DNA of 64,000 bases from a virus. Where the stretch lies: IMG/VR virus record IMGVR_UViG_3300024255_000006, positions 32,001 through 96,000 of that record. The stretch is one strand, 5' to 3'. Positions 50,401-61,200 of this stretch are shown piece after piece. The position numbers and the translations under genes are program-made. The notes beneath the pieces are model-generated. The model worked only from the letters and a program-made list of their open reading frames with translations, did no database searches and had not been told where the DNA came from. The number at the start of each line of letters is the position of its first letter. Positions within the stretch are counted from its first letter, which is position 1.

Positions 50401-52583
50401 ATCTATACAACTCAGAAGTTTCTATTGCAGGATCTGGATATACCAGCGCACCATCTATTGTTATCAATGGAACTGGTTCTGGAAATGCTGGCGGTGAAGT
50501 TCAATCTTTCATCACTATCGATACTCCAGCAGTAAGAATGGGTGTAGCAACAAATGACGAGGGTGAATCACCAATCTCTACTCAGTTCATGTTTGATTAT
50601 CCTGTATATCTACAGAATGATACCGAATATGCATTTGTTGTAGAAACAGATTCTCCAACATATGAAGTTTGGGCATCTGAAGTTGGTGCTGCATCTGGAT
50701 CTGGTACTGTTACACCTATTTCTGGTCTTGGATCTGTATTCAGATCTCAGAACGTTGATAGTTGGACAGAAGATCTCAGAGAAGATATCAAGTTCCAAAT
50801 GCTTCGTGCTGAATTTGATATTTCAAGAACAGCATCTCTACTCTTGTCTAACACTCCAATTGGTTATGAAACCATGGATACCGATCCAATTAGAACAAGT
50901 AGTGAATCTAATAGCAGTGCGACTCTAAAGAGATTTAGAGGTAACAATAACTACGTCCAAGTCACACATAGAGATCATGGACTTGAGGATGCATCAAAGT
51001 CATATGCATTCTTCAAAGCACTAACACAAAGTGGTGGAGTTTCTGCATCTACATTGAACACGACATTGTTCCAAGTAGAAAATGCTGGCGTTGATACTTT
51101 TAATATTGCATCTCCAACCAAAGCAAGTTCTAGTGATATCGCTGGTGGGTCTGCTGGTTTAATTTCTACTAACAGAAAATTTGAAAAACTATTCGCTCAA
51201 ATTGGATACCTCTCATTCCCAGAGACTACTTTAAACAGTTCAGTTAAGACTACTAATGTAGTTCCTGTAGATAATGGTGCTGTTAATTATGTTTCTTATT
51301 CTCAATCTGATTATGAGAAGACATTTATTGGTCAAGAGCATTTCTTCATTAATCAGAAGGTTGTTGCTTCGAGAGTAAATGAACTGTATAACGACATCTC
51401 AAATTCCCTTGTTTATAAAGTAGACCTTGGATCCACAACTTCTAATCTGTCTCCGCTGATTGACTTGAGAACCAGTTCTGTTAAGACTATTTCAAACAGA
51501 ATTGAAAATGCTACTGGTAAAGAATCTAGATTCGGTAGAAGAAATCAAATTCTTGAGTTCTACAAAATCTTTACGTTTACCGTTGCAGGCAACTCTGGTA
51601 ATGCTATTGATGTTGGACAGACAGTTGATTCAACAACCAACACTACAACATCTGAAGTAGCTGGTCTTCAGGGAGGAAGTGGAAAAGTCCTTGCGTTTGA
51701 TTCAAGCACAAACAGTGTTACAGTTCAATTGAGAAGTGCTGGTCAATTCAAAGCGACTGAATCTCTCACGTTCTCATCACAAACTGCTTTGACGGGAGTT
51801 ACTATTTCTAACTCAGGACCACAAGAGCTAGTCCCATCATTTACATTGAACACTGTTCTAAACGGTTATAACGTAAATGAAAATGCTTCTACTGCAGATG
51901 ACGAACTATACTTAGACAAGATCAGTGGTAAGATTATTGATTGGGATGTTAACAACCAACAATTGGTAGTCTTCAATGATAAGAATCCTATCAATGATAA
52001 CTATAATGCTGCTGTGACTGGAGGATCTGTATATACAAGAAATTCAGATCCATCTGCTCAGCAATCAGATATCTTACGTGTTGGAGATTATGTGCAGTAT
52101 ACAGGTCAAATTGCAAATACTGAAGATTGGTGGGAAGTTCGTAAAGTTACTTTCCAAGAGGGTATTTCTTTTGTACCTGAAGATAGATCTTCAAATACCT
52201 CTGGTATTGCTAAGTATCTAACTAAGGAAATTAGTTTGGATAACCCAGGAACTAGCATTGATGTTAAGTTGACTGCTAACGTCAGAGACATCAAGAATCT
52301 CAAGATTCTGTACAAGATTAGAGAATCTTCCAGTGAAGTTAACTTTGAAAATATTGAGTGGAAATACTTTAATGTGAATGGATCTCCAGATATCACTCTG
52401 GAGGCTTCAGCAGAAAATGAAATCTCAGGTCTCTTTGAAAAACAAGAATCTTATCAAGAGATTCCATTTAGTATTTCTGATCTACCAGAATTCAGTTCTT
52501 TCGCAGTCAAAGTTGTTATGCAGTCTGATAACCCAGCATATGTTCCAAAAGTTCAAGATCTAAGAGCAGTTGCTTCATTCTGA
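44433..52583 (+). CDS. Large virion structural protein, DUF4815/VrlC-like (2716 aa)
   Basis: 'NLNVSPYYDDY...YRVLFRPG..IQARELTQLQSILQNQ', 'LARRTYDESGDY', 'RRFTMRDIGKLEKRVERLEYYT'. Confidence 0.85.
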   Translation: MPQKTNLNVSPYYDDYDAKRNFYRVLFRPGYAIQARELTQLQSILQNQIESIGRRQFKQGDLVIPGEVGLNNKLDYVKLSSVSEVAISEGNSVVYKKYDISLLVDQTLRGITSGVTGTVITTRYATESSSDTIYVNYTSSGNANNESTFRQGETLEVVDGVNTPLLVVGTDGSVLPTSVTTTDPDTGIETSQSSSAVGFASAVKVEEGIYFVNGHFVRNDEDLIILDAYTNSPSAKVGFKISESLATPEEDNTLYDQARGFANFSAPGAHRLLIKLNLEKYDLDASTDSNFIQLVSVKKGAVQRKIKAADYNIIEETLARRTYDESGDYVVEDFPSEIREYYQRNGNRGLYSKNTETDLVNGLDESSAAEKLILSLGAGKAYIKGYEIVNKEAKYLTLNKSRESLERDNITLKHTGLSSYYLTNVYNTVPLNSFDAELTAFPSLYLNKVFSDGSIGQNNSEASTSQKQTRSRRTSTFDSDQAIKTVLIDITTTATGKTFADLNDSTFESTFGSFFVRLSSQSNDTKEITSLAFSKFNGTTFLGAGQYVEFTFVGRRDIIDTILKEYNDNDAVDKRTKLFFTENGAESSDSTDIFGKIVSYSETIVPTIGLAKPKNMVLQERGSGFDPNSDRILSKGRIGSTGVYNTTFKMSYFNPVFLTKILLDSEIPSGQFQTGKYVSGTRSGAYGVIEGSPNGYLTSGNRIYLKVISGEFQQGETIVDEAGNSLRIATENTISHFIVDNRGINYGGLSAAVIDGVTYDPSVVGVDIDPSTGVYKLNVRKRALLANRYAQPPSVVISTTSTQFNSANAAVVRAILFKNVIETYTPQNVKSMWARFGVAPQGASAPNLFTSDVELSRTSYIDSTTVTDFTFSGNQGEQYLECTGFGGDASKFLTQGDLVQFSDANNNVVQAIVQLATKPEGTKKSRIYLDSLVPEDVSASTVLRVRPQINNASKSTLIFPTGSKQIRSLVKNSDDTAIKMYQRRDFVLDSSAAGGNITFRAQLEFGTQKFVNFTEDNFVLSVLDKGNATSVETGDIVYVPEDQVTVASSTDSTTGLTAGSVTVTLPANYFGALSGGSIYPKLKLSATLEVTKARPRLKTVVRNKQILIKPTGDRILPFRGQDINAAEINTISYADAFKVNYIYEGSPTSAPEVDSSGKLINGTDVTNRFNFDNGQRDTLYDVSRIVLKPGFENPTGQILISFDYFDHSQGDFCVVDSYLHEAGVPADEIPQFNSSVYGVTNLRDVIDFRPKVDSEATVTGFQDQSIFANSIFNNFTGDSGVVSSCPASDSNLPWTISFYQNQYLDRIDGLFLNKKGEFIIKEGNSSLNPSKPEMVDDAIVLAYIYIPAYTSKSTDVRIVPVDNRRFTMRDIGKLEKRVERLEYYTLLSVLEQQALNMQIKDQSGFERLKSGFVVDNFETHKVGNLASEDYKCSIDTKQSVLRPQAREDSLELQEVNTTNDQRVVSGYQRSGDVITLPYTNLTLIENPFATKTIKPNPFVVVQYVGDASLDAPVDSWYENTDAPLITDNNAQTYTIFLAKDNVREAYSSLYNSYRVNWVGSDDSFFNIGSLSDINSDQVSSTVKIASVGSSSNISPQNHETGQGLKTKLVGDSAVATSLQQFCRSKVLKFTIRRMKANTKIYPFIEGRDISRWTCPDLRFSGMSGNSLGTFGGELVTDSAGNASGIIIFPNGLPPVEGSTWNNYLFNVQYDTNGEELQFTVGEKTIRFTSSATDELKENVTTFTEVKYYPTGVTPRNPASIISTLPAEFKSNEGKQIVDTDTQTKKNPSPLTQTFKVENMDGGCFVTGINLFFNKKDSKVPVRTYLTSTESGKPGKFIVPGTVKTVDSETKLKVFISQDGSVEIGEIVTGNTSGASGPVYKIFDRTNTEVLPGTGNKIPLSADQVYTLILSNNNGSSFQKAETLEVPSLTLANNTNNTSITLTIARDSGKLTDLKVISKGSNYDTASMTIESPQLPGGTTATGSLGVSGGNLYNSEVSIAGSGYTSAPSIVINGTGSGNAGGEVQSFITIDTPAVRMGVATNDEGESPISTQFMFDYPVYLQNDTEYAFVVETDSPTYEVWASEVGAASGSGTVTPISGLGSVFRSQNVDSWTEDLREDIKFQMLRAEFDISRTASLLLSNTPIGYETMDTDPIRTSSESNSSATLKRFRGNNNYVQVTHRDHGLEDASKSYAFFKALTQSGGVSASTLNTTLFQVENAGVDTFNIASPTKASSSDIAGGSAGLISTNRKFEKLFAQIGYLSFPETTLNSSVKTTNVVPVDNGAVNYVSYSQSDYEKTFIGQEHFFINQKVVASRVNELYNDISNSLVYKVDLGSTTSNLSPLIDLRTSSVKTISNRIENATGKESRFGRRNQILEFYKIFTFTVAGNSGNAIDVGQTVDSTTNTTTSEVAGLQGGSGKVLAFDSSTNSVTVQLRSAGQFKATESLTFSSQTALTGVTISNSGPQELVPSFTLNTVLNGYNVNENASTADDELYLDKISGKIIDWDVNNQQLVVFNDKNPINDNYNAAVTGGSVYTRNSDPSAQQSDILRVGDYVQYTGQIANTEDWWEVRKVTFQEGISFVPEDRSSNTSGIAKYLTKEISLDNPGTSIDVKLTANVRDIKNLKILYKIRESSSEVNFENIEWKYFNVNGSPDITLEASAENEISGLFEKQESYQEIPFSISDLPEFSSFAVKVVMQSDNPAYVPKVQDLRAVASF

Positions 52584-52795
52584 TGAATTATATACAAGTA
52601 GATGGTGAGGACGGACTCTTTAGAGATCCGTCCACTGGTGCTATTATCAATCGCGATAAGAAAGCATTTGATCAGGTCCGTGCTTCTAGAATGAAATCTA
52701 TATTAGCGGATGCTGAAATTCAGGAACTTAGAGACGAGGTATCAGAACTAAAGCATCTTGTACATGCTATAATAAATAGGTCAGATCATGCATGA
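52583..52795 (+). CDS. Small conserved T4-like hypothetical protein
   Basis: 'LFRDPSTGAIIN' plus C-terminal coiled coil. Confidence 0.75.
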   Translation: MNYIQVDGEDGLFRDPSTGAIINRDKKAFDQVRASRMKSILADAEIQELRDEVSELKHLVHAIINRSDHA

Positions 52796-52798
52796 CTT

Positions 52799-53035
52799 AT
52801 GGAAACTACAAAATTAAAATCAGAATTTGAACAGCAAATCAAAGATGCTAATGAGCGTATTGCAAAATCCGAGGCTGAACTTGTACGCCTGAAAGAATAC
52901 CGTACTAAACTACAAGGTGGTCTTGAAACTATTGCTCTGTTAGAGGAAGGTGTGTCTGAAGAAGAAGCGCCGAGTCAACCAGAAGTTTCTTCCGTTTCTC
53001 CCGAAATTTCTCCAGAATCAGTAGCATTTCAATAA
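52799..53035 (+). CDS. Coiled-coil hypothetical protein
   Basis: Heptad pattern ending 'KLQGGLETI'. Confidence 0.7.
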   Translation: METTKLKSEFEQQIKDANERIAKSEAELVRLKEYRTKLQGGLETIALLEEGVSEEEAPSQPEVSSVSPEISPESVAFQ

Positions 53036-53043
53036 TAACTTCG

Positions 53044-53069
53044 CCCTTCACTAAATAGTGAGGGGTTTT
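53044..53069 (+). terminator. Rho-independent terminator with late-promoter core CTAAATA across its loop
   Basis: CCCTTCACT-AAAT-AGTGAGGGG followed by TTTT. Confidence 0.75.
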
Positions 53070-53080
53070 ATTTTAGTCTG

Positions 53081-53416
53081 ATGGCGGCAATTCCAATTAA
53101 TTTAATTTGTGAGAAAGGAACGGATTTCACAGCAACATTCAATATTCAGAATGAAGCTAACACAACTCCGCTAAATCTCACTGGATATACTGCTGTCGCT
53201 AAGTTGAAAAAGAGTTACTACTCTTCAACCTCTACCGATTTTGCTGTTGGTTTTCCAGATAGGTATAACGGTCAACTTTCAATTACGTTATCTAATACTG
53301 TTACTATAGGATTAGATCCTAGAAGATATGTTTATGATATTTTGTTGACTGCTCCATCTGGATCAAAATCTAGAGTTATTGAAGGTATTATCGAAATTAC
53401 ACCTGGAGTTTCCTGA
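53081..53416 (+). CDS. Virion structural protein (BppU-N-like Ig fold, tentative)
   Basis: 'GTDF..TF...NLTGYTA...G...I.LS..VT..L..RRYVYDILL...RVIEG.I.ITPGVS'. Confidence 0.65.
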   Translation: MAAIPINLICEKGTDFTATFNIQNEANTTPLNLTGYTAVAKLKKSYYSSTSTDFAVGFPDRYNGQLSITLSNTVTIGLDPRRYVYDILLTAPSGSKSRVIEGIIEITPGVS

Positions 53417-54120
53417 TGCCCACATATAACGTATCAGTACAAAACTCTAATTACAACGTTCTCTCTGAACCACAGAAGAACTATGCGATTGGAGTTACGT
53501 ATGATATTCCAGCAAAATACTTACAGAACAATAACATTGTTCTTGATGATGTTACTGGACAGTTTAATGGTGTTCAAACTGCGTTTAATCTAACTAATAA
53601 TAATGCGGCGTATACACCAACTGATTCCAGTCAACTGATTGTATCTGTTAATGGCGCTATTCAGCACCCTGGTGTTGACTACAGTGTGAGCGGTTCACAA
53701 ATTATCTTAACTCAAGCACCACAAATTGGTGATAAGATTTTCATTATTGCTCTAGCAACAACTGCAGATCTTACTAGAACAATTAATTTTGTTCATAGTA
53801 GTGGATCATTCGATATGAACTTGGGAGATAAGGGAGAAGTTACCTTAGACGTAACTGGTCTTCTAGAGTCTTGGGTTTTAACTGCAGACACTTCAGGTGT
53901 CCTAGCTATAAACGTAGAGAAATGTACTCTAAATGACTATCCCAATTTCCAGTCAATCTGTGGAACAGACAAACCAACTATACTAAATAGTGTGAAAGGG
54001 TCGAACGATAATCTAACTGCATGGACAAAAGAAATCATTGCTGGCGATATTATTAGAGTCAGTGTTGATCAAGTGTCCAACATCAGAAGATTTATGTTGG
54101 GCATGAAACTTCTCCTCTGA
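53416..54120 (+). CDS. Virion structural/baseplate-associated protein
   Basis: 'DDVTGQFNGVQTAFNL...QLIVSVNGAIQHPG.DY' module typical of cyanophage tail proteins. Confidence 0.7.
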   Translation: MPTYNVSVQNSNYNVLSEPQKNYAIGVTYDIPAKYLQNNNIVLDDVTGQFNGVQTAFNLTNNNAAYTPTDSSQLIVSVNGAIQHPGVDYSVSGSQIILTQAPQIGDKIFIIALATTADLTRTINFVHSSGSFDMNLGDKGEVTLDVTGLLESWVLTADTSGVLAINVEKCTLNDYPNFQSICGTDKPTILNSVKGSNDNLTAWTKEIIAGDIIRVSVDQVSNIRRFMLGMKLLL

Positions 54121-54143
54121 TAAATATAGAGGGTCGCATATTT

Positions 54144-54151
54144 TATAAATA
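54144..54151 (+). promoter_or_regulatory. T4-type late promoter TATAAATA
   Basis: Exact consensus upstream of 54188; a second ATAAATA lies at 54120. Confidence 0.8.
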
Positions 54152-54187
54152 AACTTAAGCAAGCAACACACTTTGGAGAACAACTAA

Positions 54188-55189
54188 ATGGCACTTCTAG
54201 TACCTGATATCGGAGAACTAGAATCACTTCGATACCTAATCAATGCAAATAATCATGTCCCTTCAAGGGAAGACAATGCTCCTAGGGATTTGATTCTAAA
54301 GCTTTACGTAAGTAACACCACTCCTGCTGAGGGTGATGTTCCTTCACAAACTGCTTACTTTGAGCCTTACAATGCAGCAGGTACTCTAGGTTATGGTACT
54401 AATCCAGTTACCAACTACCCTGCTTGTGTTAATAACAGAACCGAAACACGCTATGATTATACCGATCAGTACGGTATTCTTCTAAACGGTTCTCGTTGGA
54501 CTATCGCTACATCTGGCGGTACTACAACTGCTTCATACCCAGAGCAAACATTCACATTCTCTGGTCCTGCTGGTAACGTATATGGTTACTACATCGTAAG
54601 AGCAAACAACATGCCTATCGATGTCCAAGGTGTTGCTGACGCTGCTACTGCTGCAAGTGCTACTCAGATTATTAAGGGTACAACCGCTGATCCTTGTATC
54701 GGTGTTATTGGTAATAGTTTCATCACCCTTCCAAACGTTGCTAACGTAATGGATAACGTTACTAACGGAATGGTTGTTGGTGGTAACACTGGTGTTCCTG
54801 CAAATACCGTCATTCAGGGTGTTGATCGTGCAACTCGTGTGATTTATCTATCGAACAATCTCACTGCGAACATTGAAGCTCTGACTGATCCCGATATTAC
54901 TCTAGACTACTCACAGGTTGCGACTGGTGCTAATGCTCACGGTCTCCAGCCTGGTGATGTTATCTACGTAGAGCGTGGTACTGGTAATACAACCACAACT
55001 GCTGGAACATATGTAGTTCATACAGCTCCTTCTGGAACTACCTTCACCACGACACCTGCCCTCGATGGTTCTGGTTCATTGTCTCTCTACAGCAGCATCA
55101 TGTTTGCTGAGAGATTCACCAATGGTCCATACCCAATTCAGAACAATGGTGACCAAATTAAGGTAACCCTCAACATCAGCCTCGACTGA
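54188..55189 (+). CDS. Conserved cyanophage structural protein
   Basis: 'MALLVPDIGE...LILKLY...VYGYY...FAERFTNGPY...GDQIKVT'. Confidence 0.75.
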   Translation: MALLVPDIGELESLRYLINANNHVPSREDNAPRDLILKLYVSNTTPAEGDVPSQTAYFEPYNAAGTLGYGTNPVTNYPACVNNRTETRYDYTDQYGILLNGSRWTIATSGGTTTASYPEQTFTFSGPAGNVYGYYIVRANNMPIDVQGVADAATAASATQIIKGTTADPCIGVIGNSFITLPNVANVMDNVTNGMVVGGNTGVPANTVIQGVDRATRVIYLSNNLTANIEALTDPDITLDYSQVATGANAHGLQPGDVIYVERGTGNTTTTAGTYVVHTAPSGTTFTTTPALDGSGSLSLYSSIMFAERFTNGPYPIQNNGDQIKVTLNISLD

Positions 55190-55223
55190 TATTATTGAGA
55201 TCATTCTTAATACTTTATAATGG

Positions 55224-55246
55224 AAGGGGGGTTTAGACCCCCCTTT
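55224..55246 (+). terminator. Hairpin AAGGGGGGT-TTAG-ACCCCCCTT
   Basis: Perfect 9-bp stem in the intergenic gap. Confidence 0.7.
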
Positions 55247-55272
55247 GTGCTGTAGATGCATACATATGGAGT

Positions 55273-58200
55273 ATGAGCGTAATTTACATCTACAATTCGT
55301 CCACTGTTAACCTGTTCGTCACCGAAGATCTTGGATCGATTACATCGACTCCAACCACGGAAGACTACGGGTCCATTTCTGCTGCTCATACTCAAGAAGA
55401 AAATTATTACGAAGTTCAGTACGTTGGAGATGTAACGCCGTTTGGAACAGCGACCATTGGCGGATCTGCAAATGCTGTAAAACAAAACGTTTATCAATTC
55501 GCATCTATAGGAAGATTCAGATTCATCTTCCAAGAAGCGTCATCATTCCTCATTCATGCATGGATTGGTAGTGGATCTCTATTCGAGATCGGAGGAGGAC
55601 TAGAAAGAATTGTTGCTCCATACTTAGGAGCGGATCCGTTAGGGGGTATCACCCTATTCAACACATCTGGTAGTGCTGAGGAGTCCTTCAGCACTATCTA
55701 CAATATCGAGGACACTACGACCCTTTCGACGGAAGACTATGGATCAGTCTCCGTTGGAGGGTCTTCTGTCGATTATGGGCAGGTCAATACCTACACTACT
55801 GCTCAACTAGAGTATGGAACTGTTAGCGACGTATTTGCAGTTCCGTATGAAGGAACTATTAGCATTACTGGTTCTGGAGAGGAATCCTTTACTGAGTCTG
55901 GATATGTAGGAACTGGATCCTATGGAGGATTCTCTGGTTCTGCATTTAACAGTATTCCTAGAAGATATGAAGGATCTGGATCTCTATTCTCTGTTGGTGG
56001 TGGAGAAGAACAAAACGCATATCGCTGGGTATCACTTACACCTGTTATCAAACTTACAGGTGGAACATCATCAACAAATAGTTTTAGACCTCAAGGTCCC
56101 ATCTATATCGAAGGTGGTGCTGATTCATGTGCTGCTTTCAGAAATGTTTCTACAGGATCTCTATTTGGATTCTCTGGAGGAGATGAATCGGTAACTAGAG
56201 ATTATGATGAGGATAATGTACTCGTCTTTAGCACTCAGGATTATGGTTCTGTATCTGCTTCCGCTACAACAACTGCAGATTATGGATCAGTAACATCTAT
56301 CGCTACTGAGTATAGTGATTTTGGATCTGTTATTTACGGTCAAACAGCGTATTCAACTACAGGTGGATTTACTCTATCTGGTTCCGCAGATGTACAGTTC
56401 ATTACGAAACGAGAGTTTACTGGATCTGGATCTCTATTTGCAATTGGCGGCGAAGCAAACTCCTTCATTCCAAATTGGGTCGCTACTGGACTATTTGGAA
56501 TTACAGGATCATCAACATCCAGAGTATTCAGAGAGTATGAATCCTTAGGTGCTCTAATTACATCTGGTGGTGAAGCAAATAGTCTAACTGTAGTATATAA
56601 CGACAATATCAATATACAGTTTGTAACAGAAGACAGAGGACTTATTACTTCTGCTGTTACAACTTCAGAAGATTTAGGTGTAGTTACTCAAGACTCTACT
56701 TCTGTTGATAATGGTCAGGTAGTATTCTTAGGAGCACCATTTGGAGGAATGACTCTGAGTGGAACTGGCGATGGAGCGCCACTCAGAACGTTTGTATACG
56801 CAGGAACTGCATCTATTACTACGAGCGGAGCAGCTACCAAGTTTGCGTTTGTTCCTGGACCATGGAGAGGCGATGGTCTATTTGCGATCACAGGTGGGGA
56901 TCAATATTCTAATCCAAGAGCGTTCCAAGGATTTGGTTCCCTATTTTTGGGAGAACACTCGAACGAAAAAGCAACAAAGGATTACAGCGATTCAATTATC
57001 GATGTATTCTCTACAGAAGACAGAGGACTTGTTTCTGTATCCGCTACATCAACAGAAGATCAAGGTCTTGTTACTAACAATCCAGCACTATCAGACCTTG
57101 GATCTATTTCAAGATCTCAGACTGATGTTGCTGCTACTGCAAATATCGTTGTTAGTGGATCTGCAGTCACGGCAAATCCAAGGAAGATTTCTTACGTTGC
57201 AGTTGGAGGAGGAATTCTATTCAGTGTCTCTGGATCGAATCAAGTATTTGTACCAGAGTTTACTGGATCTGGTTCAATTTCTATATCTGCAAATTCTGTT
57301 CCCAACTTCAGTCTTGGATTTATTGGAAACTACACATTCAATGTTGTTGGTGGAAATATCTCCGAAGAGATTACAAAAGACTACAGCAACGATCAGATTT
57401 CTTGGGATTTCTACCAAGAAACCGAATTTGGTACACTTACAACAAATCCACAAGCACCAAGGGACAGCATTTATCCTGTTGGAGAATCTGCTGTATCACT
57501 ACCAAACAGCACTCAAGACTTTGGATTAGTATTAGACACCAATCTTGCAAGATATTATAACTTCGGTAGAGTTTCCATCACTGCTGATAGTCAGTCAGCA
57601 GCAGGAACATTTACATTCACTGGAACTGCAGTTCCAGAATACAAACCAGAATTTGCTCAAACTGGTACTGGTCTATTCAGAATTACTGGTGTTGCTCCAA
57701 ACTCATTCTTCCCAACTTGGAATGCATTCGGTACTCTGAATGTTACTGGTCAACCAATTTACAACTTCTCCCTATCAAACCCAGGAACAGGTTCTCTATT
57801 TGCAAATGGTATTAGTGGAGAAGCGATTACAAGTTCTTACAACTTGTCTTCTATCGATAGCTTTACCATTGGTGATTTTGGACAAATTACAACTACTGCA
57901 GTTAACTCGACTGTTAGTTCGATTGTCACACCAAATAACACTCTATTCTTTAATCAGAACTCCAAGACTAATGTAGTCTTTTCTAATGGTGGAACGGGAA
58001 TTGGTTCTTTCGGTGGATTCAACATTGGTGATCACCTAAGATTTGGTCAGTCTACTAATGAAACTGATGTTGGAACAAGCAGATTTATTCTAACAAACAC
58101 CTTCAATGATACCAGTAACTGGGAATCTCTCGATTTTAGAGTAATTCGTGGTAATAACGCCAATGGCGGAGAAAGACCAGATAGTGGAGAAGACCTAGTT

Positions 58201-61200
58201 CTCTATTTTAGGTCGCCTGATACTGCTGGAAATACATTCTTCAGAGTAGGGACTATTCTCGATAATAATTCTTCTAATGGTCAGAATTCTCCAATATGGA
58301 AAAGGTTAAATCTTCCTTCACTTGCAAGGGCACAAGGTGTTCAATTTGCAATCCGTTCTACAGGAACCTATTATGCTAGCCCTGAAGGATTCGACCATTA
58401 TGGTCTGCAGCAAGTCAATGTTAACATAGGAGTTTCTGGATTTACTGATTATGAGTATGTAAATGAACTTGCAACCGAAGCAGAAGATTGGGGATCAATC
58501 TACTACGGTAATGAATCAAATGTTCCATTTGGTTTGTTCCGAATTACTGGTGCTGCAGAAACCGCAGGTCTCAGTCGTCCAATTATTGTTGGATCTGGTG
58601 GTGTTACTCTCAGTGGAGATGCAGTCAAACAGTTTGCTCCGAACTGGAACACAACAGGTCTATTTGCAATCTCTGGGTCTGCTGAAACTCCATACTCCTT
58701 ACGCGAAATTTCTACAGGAACTCTATTCACGATTGGCGATACATCACATAGAGTTGTATTTGACTACAATATCGATTCAGATATTTCCTTTACTACTGAA
58801 GACAATGGATCTGTTGCAGTCAATGCGACATCTACAGAAGATAATGGATCTCTTACTGCTCCTATCACTGGAGGGGAAGTTGATAATGGATATGTTGTAT
58901 TCAACGCATCGAATAGTGATTCATTTGGTGGAATCACAATTAGTGGTTCAGTGGATGATGAATTCAAACCTGAGTTTGCTCAAACTAGTACTGGTCTCTT
59001 TGCGATCACAGGTATTGGTATTGACTCCTTCTTCCCCAACTGGAATGGATCTGGTGTTATCAATACTTCTGGTGGAGACGGATACAACTTCAGTCTTCTC
59101 CATCCTGGTTCTGGTACACTGTTCTCGAATGGTATCGCAGGAGAGGCGATTACCAATCACTATAATATTTCTTCTGCTGATATCTACAGCACGGTTGATT
59201 ACGGTAACCTCACCACAGTTGCAACATCAACTGATGATTATCAGAGCATAACTGGTCCTGGTACTTCCGTCAATCTTGACTTTGGTAATGTTATTACTCA
59301 AGGTCAAACAAACGAACCATTTGGTCTATTCAGAATCACTGGTTCTGCACAAACAGCGAAGATTCTACGTGGTGTCGAATCTGGATCTGGTTCTCTATTC
59401 GCGATTGGTGGTGCAGTAGAAACATTCCATCTGGAATACACAACTACAGGACTGTTCAGATTCTCTGGATCTGCTGTTCCAAAAGCAATTTTACGTAATA
59501 TCTCCACAGGAACTTTATTCACTATTGGTGGAGCTGCAGAAGCAGTTGTATTTGATTACAATCAATCTTCTATTAATTCCTTTATCTCTACAGATAATGG
59601 TCTGGTATCTGCAACTGCAACATCGACGGAAGACCATGGATCTCTTGTCGGACCTATTACTGGTGGCGAAGTTGATAATGGATACGTCGTATTCAACGCT
59701 CTTACTGGTATTCCCTTCGGTTCTATCAATATCGGAAGTGATGCTGAGTACGAATTTAAACCTGAGTTTGCACAGATTGGTACAGGTCTATTTGCGATTA
59801 CTGGTCAAAGTATCAATTCGTTCTTACCCAACTGGAATGGATCGGGTGTTATCAATACTTCTGGTGGAGACGATTACAACTTCAGTCTTCTACAGATTAC
59901 GACTGGTGGTTTGTTTACCAACGGTATTGTTGGCGAAGCAGTTACCAAACATTATAACATCTCTTCTACTGATGTTTATAGTGCAGAAGATTACGGTTCT
60001 ATTGCTACAACCGCAACAACAACTGAGGATTATGAATCAGTAACCGATATCGGTACTTCCGTTAATCTTGACTTTGGTAATGTTATTACTCAAGGTCAAA
60101 CAAACGAACCATTCGGATTATTCCAGATCAGCGGTGCTGCTGTTACAGCAGGTCTCAGAAAACCATCTTTCAACGGAAGTGGAGTTGCATTCGTATTCCG
60201 TAGTGCAACAGAGTCCTTCAGTCTTGAGTACACAACTACTGGTCTATTTGGATTCTCTGGATCTGCTGTTCCAAAAGCAATTTTACGCAATATCTCCACA
60301 GGAACTCTGTTCACTGTCGGTGGAGCTGCAGAAGCAATCGTTTACGACTACACCCAGTCATCGATTGCAGTATTTACTACCACAGATAACGGATCTGTTG
60401 TATCCAACGCTACATCAACTCAAGACCATGGATCTCTTGTCGGACCTATTACTGGCGGTGAAGTTGATAATGGATTCATTGTATTTAATGCAGCAACTGG
60501 AATTCCATTTGGTGGAATTACAATTGGATCTGCAGCAGATACTGTATATGCACCAGAGTTTGGTCAGGTTGGAGACGGTCTCTTTGCGATTACAGGATTT
60601 GCAGAGGATCAGTTTATTCCAAACTGGGTTGGTTCTGGTGTTCTACAAACTTCAGGTGGAGACGGATACAACTTCAGTCTTCTACAAATTACAACTGGAG
60701 GACTGTTTGCGTTCGGTGGATCTGCAGAGGCAGCAGTTAAGCATTACAACATCTCGTCTAGAGATATTTACAGCACTGTCGATCATGGAGCACTTACTAC
60801 AACTCCAACTTCGACAGACGACTATCAGTCGGTAACTGATTCTAACACATCTTCTAATCTTGACTTCGGTAATCTTATTACTCAAGGTCAGACTAATGAA
60901 CCATTTGGATTGTTCCAAATCAGTGGCGCTGCAGACACAGCAAAGATTCTCAATATTTCTTTTGTTGGATCTGGTTCTATATTCACTGCAAGTGGAGCTG
61001 CAGATTCTCTCACATCAAATCCTCCAGAGAATACAGTTCTATTCACTTTTACTGGATCGACTGTACCAAACTTCTCGTTCAGTCAACCAGCAAATGCTTT
61101 CATCACACTCGATGTCGAGTCGGAAGAAAGAAGAGTATACGATTACAACGAAGATACCGTTGTTACGTTTGGAACAGAAGATCTTGGTCTTATCAGCAAT

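Noticed and set aside
55076-55533. Minus-strand ORFs 55076..55261 and 55207..55533
   Set aside because: They overlap well-supported + strand genes and the terminator; no motif support.
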